From: Candidatus Saccharimonadia bacterium
GTDB lineage: Bacteria; Patescibacteriota; Saccharimonadia; UBA4664
Assembly (NCBI GenBank): GCA_038244585.1
Contig: JBBRTI010000004.1
Coordinates: forward strand, 1 to 53,713
Direction of reading: 5' to 3'
Length of the DNA stretch: 53,713 nucleotides
The position numbers and the translations under genes are program-made. Under the pieces are notes generated by a model, which was given only the letters and a program-made list of their open reading frames with translations, was not told the origin of the DNA and ran no database searches. Positions 6,447 to 15,563 of the stretch are shown piece by piece; within the stretch, counting starts at the first letter, position 1; every line of letters begins with the position of its first letter.

Positions 6447-8908
6447 GTATCTACGAGTACCGTGGTGGTGGCCTTAGGCTGGCAAAAGCCTCCGTCGCGG
6501 TACGGGGCGGGCGCATAGTATACAGGGCAGCATATTTGCTGGCCGGGCTCAGTGCGGGCTCTGCCGTTGTGGCCTTTATCTTCAAGATACCCCACGCACC
6601 CTTCGCAGCCGCTGGCGTTGGGTTCATCTGTCTAACGCTTGGCCTCTGGCTGCAGCGCGACGTCATGAGGTTGCCTGCCAGCCCCTTAGGCAACACTAAA
6701 CGGCTTGACCTCTTGCTGCCCGCAACTGTCGCTTCGGGCTACCGCCCGGACGCGGGCCTGGCCGGCTTATGGAACCAGTTGGTCGCCACGTGGCAGGTTC
6801 GATTCCTGATCGCCCGGTTTGACCTGCACCCGGACCTGATCACTCAGGTCCTGGCGGCTGGCGGGGCTGACACCGACGCTATCTGGGCCGAAGCCGAACG
6901 TTTAGCGGCACAAGCCGGTCAGACGACTTTGTCCGAAGCGGCCATCGCGGCCGCTATCCTCACGAGCGTAGCCGGCACTCGTGAAATGTTAACAGCGGTC
7001 AAGCTGGAGCCGGCCGATTTGGCCGAAGGCGTCGCCTGGATTGCACGATTGGAAGCCTTCCAGAGTGCCAAGAAACCGATTTACGGTGGTATAGCTCGCG
7101 ACTGGGCCGCCGGCTTCACGCCGCTACTCAGCCAATTCGGGCAGAATCTAAGCCGCCAGGTCGAGGTAGTGGGGAGCCGGTTTGGCGTCCAGGAGCGTAC
7201 CAACCAGCTTGATACGTTGATCAGCGGCCTCGCCAGCGGCACTGGCAGCGTCGTCGTAGTCGGGGAGCCCGGTATCGGCAAGACAGCCCTATTATATGGG
7301 CTGGCCGACCGCCTGCTTCAGGGCAATAACGGGGGAGCCTTGGCCCATCATCAGGTAGTGGCCTTAAACGCCTCAGTTATACTCTCCAGCCAACGCGGGG
7401 CAGGCGATTTGGAACGCATCGTGTTGCAGCTCCTAAGCGAGGCTGCTCATGCCGGCAACATTGTCATAGCGCTGGACGAGGCGCAATTATTCTTCGGTCA
7501 GGGCGTGGGAGCCGCCAACCTTAGCCAAGTTCTGCTACCAGTCCTTCAAGCCCGCAGCCTCAAGATCGTTTTTGCCATCACGGCCGGCGATTGGCAGCGG
7601 ATGCGGGCAACTAACACCGCCCTGACGAGTCTGCTGACACCGCTGGTCCTCGCTGAGCCTCCGGAAGACGAGGTCATTCGTCTGCTCGCCGACCGATCGC
7701 TGCTACTCGAGCAGGGTACCTACACCACCACCTGGCGAGCACTCGGTGAAGCCTACCGCCTGTCAGGCCGCTACTTCCCTGATGAGGCTTTTCCGGGCAA
7801 GGCGCTCAAACTACTTGAGGCGTCTTATACCCATGCCGAAGGACAATTCATTACTCCGGTCAGCGTCCAGCGGGCCGTCGAGAGCCAACTCGGGGTCAAA
7901 GTGGAGCAGGCCGGTAGCGATGAGGCTGATGCGCTCCTGCATCTGGAAGACCGCATCCACGAGCGGATGATCAACCAGTCTCACGCAGTTGGTGTGGTCG
8001 CCGCCGCGCTACGCCGCGCCAGGGCCGGCGTCGCCAACCCTAAGAGACCAATCGGCTCGTTCTTGTTCCTGGGACCGACCGGCGTTGGTAAAACCGAGCT
8101 CGCTCGCAGCCTGGCTGCACTCTATTTTGGAGCCGAAACCAACATGGTGCGGCTTGACATGAGTGAATACCAACAGGCCAGCGATGTCAGCCGCATATTA
8201 GCCGGGGCAGCCGAAAATCCCCAGGGATTACTGGCCAAGGTCCGGCAGCAGCCCTTCAGCGTGGTGTTACTCGACGAAATCGAGAAGGCCGACTCTAATA
8301 TACTCAACCTCATGCTCCAACTGCTCGATGAGGGCAACCTGACTGACGCTACTGGTAAGATGACTTCATTCAAGGACGCCATCATAATTGCCACTTCTAA
8401 CGCCGGTGCTGAGGAAATCCGCCGTCACATCGACGCCGGAGAGGAGCTAGCAGCGTTTGAGCAGGAGTTTACTGACCGGCTCATCAGCTCAGGCCAATTC
8501 AAGCCCGAACTCATTAACCGCTTCGATGAGGTAGTGCTTTTCCGTCCACTAAATGAAACTGAACTGGCTCAGGTGGTGGCGCTTCTCATTGATGAGGTTA
8601 ACCGGACGCTTGAACCACAGAAAATCGCCGTCACACTGTCCGCCGCTGCTATTACGCACCTGGTAACGGCCGGATACGACCCACGCCTAGGGGCACGACC
8701 CATGCGGCGGATGGTAACCCGAACCGTCGAAGACGCCATCGCCGGACGTATCCTGCGCGGCGAAACGGCGGCCGGGGACGTCATTCACCTGTTCCGCGGC
8801 GACGTGGGCGGTGAGTCCGAGACAACCTCGGTACCGCCGCCTATGAAACCAGCTCCTCCAGTCAGCGAGGTCCTCTATGAGCGGCCCAAGGACAAAACCA
8901 GCTCTTAG
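6443..8908 (+). CDS. ClpA/B-family double AAA+ ATPase with N-terminal transmembrane helices
   Basis: GEPGIGKT / IALDE; GSFLFLGPTGVGKT, RLDMSEY, LLDEIEKA, GARPMRR; two N-terminal TM segments; start at MSIYEY. Confidence 0.9.
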   Translation: MSIYEYRGGGLRLAKASVAVRGGRIVYRAAYLLAGLSAGSAVVAFIFKIPHAPFAAAGVGFICLTLGLWLQRDVMRLPASPLGNTKRLDLLLPATVASGYRPDAGLAGLWNQLVATWQVRFLIARFDLHPDLITQVLAAGGADTDAIWAEAERLAAQAGQTTLSEAAIAAAILTSVAGTREMLTAVKLEPADLAEGVAWIARLEAFQSAKKPIYGGIARDWAAGFTPLLSQFGQNLSRQVEVVGSRFGVQERTNQLDTLISGLASGTGSVVVVGEPGIGKTALLYGLADRLLQGNNGGALAHHQVVALNASVILSSQRGAGDLERIVLQLLSEAAHAGNIVIALDEAQLFFGQGVGAANLSQVLLPVLQARSLKIVFAITAGDWQRMRATNTALTSLLTPLVLAEPPEDEVIRLLADRSLLLEQGTYTTTWRALGEAYRLSGRYFPDEAFPGKALKLLEASYTHAEGQFITPVSVQRAVESQLGVKVEQAGSDEADALLHLEDRIHERMINQSHAVGVVAAALRRARAGVANPKRPIGSFLFLGPTGVGKTELARSLAALYFGAETNMVRLDMSEYQQASDVSRILAGAAENPQGLLAKVRQQPFSVVLLDEIEKADSNILNLMLQLLDEGNLTDATGKMTSFKDAIIIATSNAGAEEIRRHIDAGEELAAFEQEFTDRLISSGQFKPELINRFDEVVLFRPLNETELAQVVALLIDEVNRTLEPQKIAVTLSAAAITHLVTAGYDPRLGARPMRRMVTRTVEDAIAGRILRGETAAGDVIHLFRGDVGGESETTSVPPPMKPAPPVSEVLYERPKDKTSS

Positions 8909-9026
8909 GCAAAGCGCCTAGTTTGTACAAAGTTGCCCAGGTATCGTTGTAACATCGTACAATGCTACATCGTTAACCATGAGCGCATAATGTATCTAAC
9001 ACATATAATTACTTGGAGTTATCTTT

Positions 9027-9404
9027 ATGGCAGATGTAGAACGTACCACCGAAACAACCACCGTGGCCCCGGTTGAAAACGGAGCAACGACCCAAACCGT
9101 CGTGGCACATAGTGCCAGTGCTGGCGCCAAGGTTGAAATGATCATCTACTACATCGTCGGGCTGGTGGAAGCTTTCCTGGCCATACGTTTTGTTCTATCC
9201 CTTCTCGGTGCTCTTCAAAGCAATGGGTTCGCTCAGTTCATCTACAACCTGACCTATCCTTTCGTCGCGCCATTTTTCGGTCTCTTCGGATACAGCTTCC
9301 AGTACGGGGTAGCTCGTTTTGAGTTCGAAACTCTCATCGCCATGGCTGTCTACGCCCTTGTTGGGTATGCCATCGTGCGGCTTCTGCGCATCGGCCGAGC
9401 CTAA
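9027..9404 (+). CDS. YggT-family membrane protein
   Basis: LAIRFVLSLLGA...FAQFIYNLTYPFVAPF pattern; ggag SD. Confidence 0.8.
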   Translation: MADVERTTETTTVAPVENGATTQTVVAHSASAGAKVEMIIYYIVGLVEAFLAIRFVLSLLGALQSNGFAQFIYNLTYPFVAPFFGLFGYSFQYGVARFEFETLIAMAVYALVGYAIVRLLRIGRA

Positions 9405-9411
9405 ACTATCG

Positions 9412-9438
9412 AAAAAGAGCCTTCGGGCTCTTTTTTTT
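9412..9438 (+). terminator. Intrinsic terminator
   Basis: aaaaagagcc-ttcg-ggctc + T8. Confidence 0.85.
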
Positions 9439-9532
9439 GATTTTTTTATTGCCATAATGTAAAAAATATTCTATAGTGATTATCATGTCCTGTCACCCGG
9501 CAAGATTGCAGTCCACTCGTCCAAGGAGCTAA

Positions 9533-9757
9533 ATGCCGTCAGAACCAGCCGTCCGGACCATTGCCTCAACCCAGTTAGGCGACTACACCGAACAGCTTAT
9601 GCCCAACAACCGAATCGAACTATTAACCAAGACCGGAGTCAGATATATCGGCTGGGTAGTCAAAGTCAGCCAAAATTCCATCTTGATGAAGCTTCAGGAC
9701 GCCGGGAGTAAATTCCTTTTTGAACGCACTAGCATCGGCAGTTTTCAGATCATCTGA
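9533..9757 (+). CDS. Small Sm/LSm (Hfq-like fold) protein
   Basis: Helix + IELLTKTGVRYIGWVVKVSQNSILM + FLFERTSIGSF resembles Sm1/Sm2 pattern; promoter TTGCCA-17-TATAGT (9449-9477), SD aaggag, terminator 9765-9800. Confidence 0.6.
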   Translation: MPSEPAVRTIASTQLGDYTEQLMPNNRIELLTKTGVRYIGWVVKVSQNSILMKLQDAGSKFLFERTSIGSFQII

Positions 9758-9997
9758 ATCTCGTGCATCCAACCGATTGGATGCGCTGTGAGTTTTTTTT
9801 GATTGAGCAGTCAAGCGACCCGCGCCACACCGGCCTGCCCGCCTCGGATTTTTTTTCCGAGGCGGGCGTATTACGGTCTTATGCAATCGTGCAACATACC
9901 TGCGCGCCGTACCTCAAGGTCTGAAAGTTTTACTAATGCCTTACCCGCGCTAAAGGTCCACAATACGAGTGTAATTAATGTTTTGAGGTAAATAATT

Positions 9998-10417
9998 ATG
10001 GCAAAGAACCGTATCAACGGAAATCGTCGCGAGGACTATGACGATTTCCGCGAATCCCTGAATCCCTCGATGTCCCGAGACTACGGCCAAGTCAGTGAGC
10101 GCGATGTCAATATGGCAGCAGCCGGATCAGTCGCCGAGCAGCTTGTAAGAATTGCGGCCTGGGTGCTTTCGGCCGTACTTGCCCTCCGCTTCGTCACGCA
10201 CATATTTTCGAACGACACGGCCAATGGGTTTGTTAGCTTCGTCAACGTCGTGACTGACTGGCTGGCGATACCATTCCAAAACTTATTCCAGAGCGTTCCC
10301 GCCGGATTATCCGGGTTCTTCGATTTCCCGGCTGTCGCAGCTTTGGTCCTCATAGTGGCAATCGCGTACCTGCTCAACTGGTTACTAGCTAGCACACGTC
10401 GCGACGATATCGTCTAA
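9998..10417 (+). CDS. Second YggT-family membrane protein
   Basis: LALRFVTHIF...NGFVSFVNVVTDWLAIPF pattern, similar to 9027..9404; gagg SD. Confidence 0.75.
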   Translation: MAKNRINGNRREDYDDFRESLNPSMSRDYGQVSERDVNMAAAGSVAEQLVRIAAWVLSAVLALRFVTHIFSNDTANGFVSFVNVVTDWLAIPFQNLFQSVPAGLSGFFDFPAVAALVLIVAIAYLLNWLLASTRRDDIV

Positions 10418-10433
10418 CGCCGTCCGGTTTAAT

Positions 10434-10461
10434 AAAAAAGAGCCCCGTAGGGCTCTTTTTT
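10434..10461. terminator. Bidirectional intrinsic terminator
   Basis: aaaaaagagccc-cgta-gggctctttttt. Confidence 0.85.
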
Positions 10462-10477
10462 ATTCTCTTAGTCTAAG

Positions 10478-11737
10478 CTAATAGCGGCGCTTGCCGTTAT
10501 TACCGCTGAAACCGCCGCTTGAAGCACGGGGTGTGAACGGCTCCGGCTGGTTAGATACGAACGTCAGGGCAATACCCATCTGTCCGGCACGGCCGGTACG
10601 GCCGATACGGTGAATGTAATCTTCGTAAACCTTGGGCTGGTCAAAGTTGATGACGTGACTGACATTCGGGATGTCCAAACCGCGAGCCGCGACGTCAGTG
10701 GCGATAAGCGCCTGCACCGTCTCATTCTTGAAGGCGTTCAACGCGCGCTGGCGCTGGGGCTGGCTCTTGTTACCGTGGATGGCTTCGACTTTGAGGCCTT
10801 TCTGGCTCAGACGGTCGGCAAGCTTCTGCACGCCCCACTTGGTCTCACCGAAAATGAGGACCTTCTTGAACGCAGGGTCGGCCAGCATTTCGGCCAGTTT
10901 GTCTTCTTTGGCCATCTTGTCGCCATCGAAGCGGACAACGTCCTGTTCGACATGGCTGGAGGTCTCGCCCTTGCGGACGCTGATTGTCTCCGGGTTGCTC
11001 AGGATGGTCGCAATCAGACCGTCGATTTCACGATTGGTCGTCGCCGAGAAGAACATGGTGTGGCGTTCGCCGGGGAAGTGACCGATAATGGTCCGGATGT
11101 CCTTGATGAAGCCCATGTCGAGCATACGGTCGGCTTCGTCGAGCACGAGCGTGTCGAACCCTTCGAAGGTCAGGCCGTAGTTCTCCAGCAAGTCCTTGAT
11201 GCGGCCGGGAGTTCCAATAATGAACTGCGGGCGGCGGCGGATTTGCATGAGCTGACGGTTGATGGACGCGCCGCCGACAACGAGTGCCGAATACAGGTTA
11301 AGGCCGCGGGCGAACATCCGGAACTCTTCCTCGATCTGGACAGCCAGTTCGCGGGTCGGAACCATGATGAGCGTACGCTTGGTCGTGCCAACCAGCATGC
11401 GCTGGAGAAGCGGCAGCAGGAACGCAGCCGTCTTACCGGTACCGGTATTAGCGAGGCCGATGACATCCTTGCCTTCGAGGACAATAGGAATCGCTCCGTC
11501 CTGAACAGGTGTCGGGTGAGTATAACCGTGTTCACTGATGTTGCTCATCAGGCGTTTGTCGAAGTTGAAGTCGGCAAACGAGTTAACGGACACGAACGGT
11601 ATCTCATCGACAAGAGGTGTAGCTTTGTTGATGAACTTATTCGGGTCGATAGTTTTGGTTTGTGGTGCTCGGCGCTGATTGCGCGATGAAAACACCGGGC
11701 GGCCGCTACGGCTGCCATTTGAGTTGTTTGAATACAA
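10478..11737 (-). CDS. DEAD-box RNA helicase (RhlE/CshA-like)
   Basis: Q motif, ANTGTGKT, PTRELA, TPGR, DEAD, SAT, ARGLD, HRIGRTGRAG; TTG start with ggag SD. Confidence 0.96.
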   Translation of the reverse strand: MYSNNSNGSRSGRPVFSSRNQRRAPQTKTIDPNKFINKATPLVDEIPFVSVNSFADFNFDKRLMSNISEHGYTHPTPVQDGAIPIVLEGKDVIGLANTGTGKTAAFLLPLLQRMLVGTTKRTLIMVPTRELAVQIEEEFRMFARGLNLYSALVVGGASINRQLMQIRRRPQFIIGTPGRIKDLLENYGLTFEGFDTLVLDEADRMLDMGFIKDIRTIIGHFPGERHTMFFSATTNREIDGLIATILSNPETISVRKGETSSHVEQDVVRFDGDKMAKEDKLAEMLADPAFKKVLIFGETKWGVQKLADRLSQKGLKVEAIHGNKSQPQRQRALNAFKNETVQALIATDVAARGLDIPNVSHVINFDQPKVYEDYIHRIGRTGRAGQMGIALTFVSNQPEPFTPRASSGGFSGNNGKRRY

Positions 11738-12134
11738 TATTCTGCTCCATGCAGGTCTCGTTCGCTTCGGCGGTAGTCGCCAGAGTGTGCCCGTCGTGTT
11801 GGGGCATATGGCGTGTTTGAATCGCGTAGGGGACGTGCATTTTAAAGTGGGTTGATGTAGAACTGCCGTTCATGTTCATCAGCGTAATTCTTCAACCGAA
11901 ACGCAGATACACGAAAAACAATTAATAAGACTCTAACACAAAGATGTTTGGTTGTCGATAGTTTTAGTTGCCTTTTAGGTAGAATTATCTCTAAGTAGTA
12001 TTATTGGATAGAGTCGCTGGTGATTGTTCTGTGGGCTCAAATAAGTGACGCACCGACGAATTCTAAGATCATGCCGTATAATATCCTCAGTAGTGACTTC
12101 CGAGCTACTTTCAGCCTCGTCCCTGGAGCCAAAC

Positions 12135-12545
12135 ATGTCTCTTCCCCGAGTACATTTTCGTACCGCTCGCGTTAAGCCCTGGGCTGTTGGAGCCGGGCTG
12201 GCTGCAACGAGCGTCATCGGCCTAACGCTGTTTTTTCTTGCCAATCACCGGGACAAGTCCGGTGCAGAGTCACACGAGATGGACCTCAGCGACATCGACT
12301 CGGCGAAGCTGAAGCATCGACTGGAAAATGACAGCCAGGAGATGTTTCAGCAGCTTATCAGGCTTTACCTGAACGATTACCGAGTCTCCCTGATAGAACT
12401 CGTCCCGCCATACTCTGATGGCATCGGGTATGTACTACGAGTCAGCCTGGACCAACCTATTCCCAGCAATGAATTTGCTGATTTCGAAAAGGCGGTCATC
12501 GCGGCGGTTGCCTCGCTGCTCGAAGTCGAACCCACCATGGACTGA
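12135..12545 (+). CDS. Hypothetical single-pass membrane protein
   Basis: ggag SD before ATG 12135, one TM helix, downstream hairpin at ~12594-12609. Confidence 0.65.
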   Translation: MSLPRVHFRTARVKPWAVGAGLAATSVIGLTLFFLANHRDKSGAESHEMDLSDIDSAKLKHRLENDSQEMFQQLIRLYLNDYRVSLIELVPPYSDGIGYVLRVSLDQPIPSNEFADFEKAVIAAVASLLEVEPTMD

Positions 12546-12660
12546 AGCGGAAAATGTCCCAAAACAATCCAAGCCCTCACCGGCACAATCACCGCCCCTT
12601 TCGAGGGGCTAATTATTTGTCTCATAAATAATTTTGACTTATGACAAAGATAATAGTTTA

Positions 12661-13011
12661 ATGTTGAAGCCGATACGTCAGTATTTTGCCCTCCGAAAGG
12701 CTGGTGGTGTTATGTCCTCCGATTTGGAGGCTTCTGCCTCCGATAGTTCCCATAAGGTAATTGCAAATGAACTGACGGCGTGCGCGGATATCGTCGTCAC
12801 CGACTATGCCGATGATGCCGTTGACGCCCTGCGGAAGCTCTATCGTCAACGTGCCGACCTCACGCGTGTCCCGCTACGCAGACTGTTTAACAAGTCACCG
12901 CACTTAGCCATGCTGATGGCTATGGAGGTAGGGCGCCACCTTCTTGTCCAGAGGCTTATCGAAGCCAACAAGCTCAATAAAAAAGACATTAAACATTTCA
13001 GCATTTTCTAA
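12661..13011 (+). CDS. Hypothetical helical protein
   Basis: Open frame filling the gap, followed by hairpin + U tract ~13040-13076; start uncertain. Confidence 0.6.
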   Translation: MLKPIRQYFALRKAGGVMSSDLEASASDSSHKVIANELTACADIVVTDYADDAVDALRKLYRQRADLTRVPLRRLFNKSPHLAMLMAMEVGRHLLVQRLIEANKLNKKDIKHFSIF

Positions 13012-13136
13012 ACCGTGAGAGCACTTCCGAATTCTCCCACCCCGGTAAGCTCCCAGGCCTACCGGGGGCTTCTTTTGTCGATAAATAGTCTTCCACACCT
13101 AGACACATTGCTACCGCTACCTATATGCTCGGACTC

Positions 13137-15455
13137 ATGAGCAAACACCTCGTTATCGTTGAGAGCCCGGCCAAGGGCAAGACCATAAGTAAGTTTTTAG
13201 GGCCCGATTATATTGTCGAGGCCTCCTTTGGGCATGTCCGGGATCTGCCGAAAAGCGGCATGTCGATTGATATCGAGAATGGTTTCAAACCGGCCTACGA
13301 GGTCAGCCCCGATAAAAAGAAGCGGATAACCGAACTCAAAAAACTGGCTAAGAGCGTCGATGACGTCTATCTGGCCTCCGATGAGGACCGCGAAGGCGAG
13401 GCCATCAGCTGGCACTTGTGCCAGGCCCTCGGCCTAGACCCCAAAGTTACCAAGCGGATCGTCTTCCATGAAATCACCAAGACCGCCATCATGGCCGCTC
13501 TCGAAGCACCGCGGTTCGTCGACCAGAACCTGGTAGATGCACAACAGGCCCGCCGAGTACTTGACCGCCTAGTGGGATACGAACTGTCACCCGTATTATG
13601 GAAAAAAGTTCAGAGGGGACTGAGCGCCGGGCGTGTGCAGAGCGTAGCCGTGCGTCTGATTGTCGAACGTGAGCGTGAAATCGAAGGTTTCGACGCAAAA
13701 TCCAGCTTCAAAGTGGCGGCCGAATTCACGCTGGACGGGGGAGTCCTGCTAAAGGCCGAGCTGCCACGCAAATTCCCAACCGCCGAAGAGGCCAGCCAGT
13801 TCTTAAACGACTGCCGCTCCGCGAGGTTTAGCGTGGCGGGACTTGAGACCAAACCGGGTAAGCGGACACCGGCCGCGCCATTTACCACTTCCACGCTACA
13901 GCAAGAGGCCAGCCGCAAACTCAGCTTCAGCGTCCGCCAAACCATGGTAGTGGCCCAGAAATTATATGAGGCGGGACGTATTACCTACATGCGTACTGAC
14001 TCCGTGCACCTGAGCGACCTGGCACTAAATGCCACCCGAGACACCATTAATAAGGAGTACGGCGAGTCGTATTATGAACGGCGCCAGTTTACTACCAAGA
14101 GCGCCGGTGCACAGGAGGCGCATGAGGCCATCCGCCCGACGGAATTTGGTGTCGCTTCAATTTCGGGAGACCGCAATGAGGCCCGTTTGTACGAGCTCAT
14201 CTGGAAACGTACCCTGGCATCGCAGATGTCCGACGCACAGCTGGAACGAACAACAGCCGAAGTCGCCGTTTCGACTCGACCCGAAAAACTGTCTGCCAAG
14301 GGCGAAGTCGTCATCTTCGACGGTTTCCTTAAACTATATCTGGTCAGCCGCGACGAAGATGACGAAGCAACCGCGGAAGGCATCTTGCCGCCATTAACTG
14401 TCGGACAGATTCTGGATCTAGCCCGTATGAGCGCCGTCCAGACTTACGACCGACCCAAGCCCCGCTATACCGAAGCCTCTCTGGTCAAACGGCTTGAAGA
14501 AATGGGCATCGGACGACCGTCGACTTTTGCACCGACCATTTCAACCATCCAGGACCGTGATTATGTCGTCAAAGGCGACCTTGAAGGCAAAGAACGCCCC
14601 GTACAGAAGTTTGAGCTGTCAAGCGCGGGCGATGTGACCGAAGAGCGTACTTCAGAAATATATGGTGCCGACCGCGGCAAGCTGGTTCCCACCTCCGTCG
14701 GCATGGTCGTTACCGATTTCCTGGTACAGCACTTCCCAGACATCGTCGACTACAGTTTCACCGCCCGAGTAGAAGGTGATTTCGACGATATTGCTGAAGG
14801 ACACAAAGTCTGGAACACCATGATCGCCGAGTTTTACGGACCATTTCATAAGACGGTCGAGGATGTGACCGGCATGGAAATCAGCGATGCCGGCGGACGT
14901 CGCATCTTAGGCAATGACCCCAAATCCGGCAAGCCTGTCATCGCCCGCCTCGGCAAGTTCGGTCCAATGCTCCAAATCGGCACTGCTGAAGACGAGGACA
15001 AGCCGACCTTCGCGCCCATGCCATCGAACAAACGCGTCGATGAAGTCACCTTGGAAGAAGCCTTGGAGATGTTCAAGCTTCCCCGTATAGTAGGCCAAAC
15101 GCCCGCTGGAATCGACATCGCGGCCAACCACGGCCGGTTCGGTCCCTATATTAAATGGGGCAGCACCTACGCCTCTATCAAGCCTGACGACCCTTTTACT
15201 GTCACTTTGGAACGGGCGCTTGAACTCATCGCCGAAAAAGAGGATTCCGACAAAAACAAATACATCACCCAGTTCGAAGGGACTAAAATTGCCGTCCTCA
15301 ATGGCCGTTACGGACCCTACATTACCGACGGCACGAAAAATGCCAAAATCCCCAAGGACACCGAACCGGCTAAACTTACTCTCAAAGAATGTGAGGAGCT
15401 GCTCAAGGCCGCTCCGGCAAAAAGTAAAAGACGCCGTATCGTTAAATCATCGTAA
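13137..15455 (+). CDS. topA: DNA topoisomerase I with Topo_C_Rpt C-terminal repeats (no Zn ribbons)
   Basis: LVIVESPAK, DEDREGEAI, SAGRVQS, ITYMRTD, GRFGPY/GRYGPY repeats. Confidence 0.97.
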   Translation: MSKHLVIVESPAKGKTISKFLGPDYIVEASFGHVRDLPKSGMSIDIENGFKPAYEVSPDKKKRITELKKLAKSVDDVYLASDEDREGEAISWHLCQALGLDPKVTKRIVFHEITKTAIMAALEAPRFVDQNLVDAQQARRVLDRLVGYELSPVLWKKVQRGLSAGRVQSVAVRLIVEREREIEGFDAKSSFKVAAEFTLDGGVLLKAELPRKFPTAEEASQFLNDCRSARFSVAGLETKPGKRTPAAPFTTSTLQQEASRKLSFSVRQTMVVAQKLYEAGRITYMRTDSVHLSDLALNATRDTINKEYGESYYERRQFTTKSAGAQEAHEAIRPTEFGVASISGDRNEARLYELIWKRTLASQMSDAQLERTTAEVAVSTRPEKLSAKGEVVIFDGFLKLYLVSRDEDDEATAEGILPPLTVGQILDLARMSAVQTYDRPKPRYTEASLVKRLEEMGIGRPSTFAPTISTIQDRDYVVKGDLEGKERPVQKFELSSAGDVTEERTSEIYGADRGKLVPTSVGMVVTDFLVQHFPDIVDYSFTARVEGDFDDIAEGHKVWNTMIAEFYGPFHKTVEDVTGMEISDAGGRRILGNDPKSGKPVIARLGKFGPMLQIGTAEDEDKPTFAPMPSNKRVDEVTLEEALEMFKLPRIVGQTPAGIDIAANHGRFGPYIKWGSTYASIKPDDPFTVTLERALELIAEKEDSDKNKYITQFEGTKIAVLNGRYGPYITDGTKNAKIPKDTEPAKLTLKECEELLKAAPAKSKRRRIVKSS

Positions 15456-15563
15456 CCATAAGCATAAATTCCAACCATTGCCATAATGGTCATATTTTGC
15501 TATGATTATGCACAACAACGACACACTGGCAGCAGGTGCGCCCGAGGCAATACTGGAGAAATA

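Noticed and set aside
10610-11689. 359-aa plus-strand ORF
   Set aside because: Antisense shadow of the codon-biased DEAD-box helicase gene
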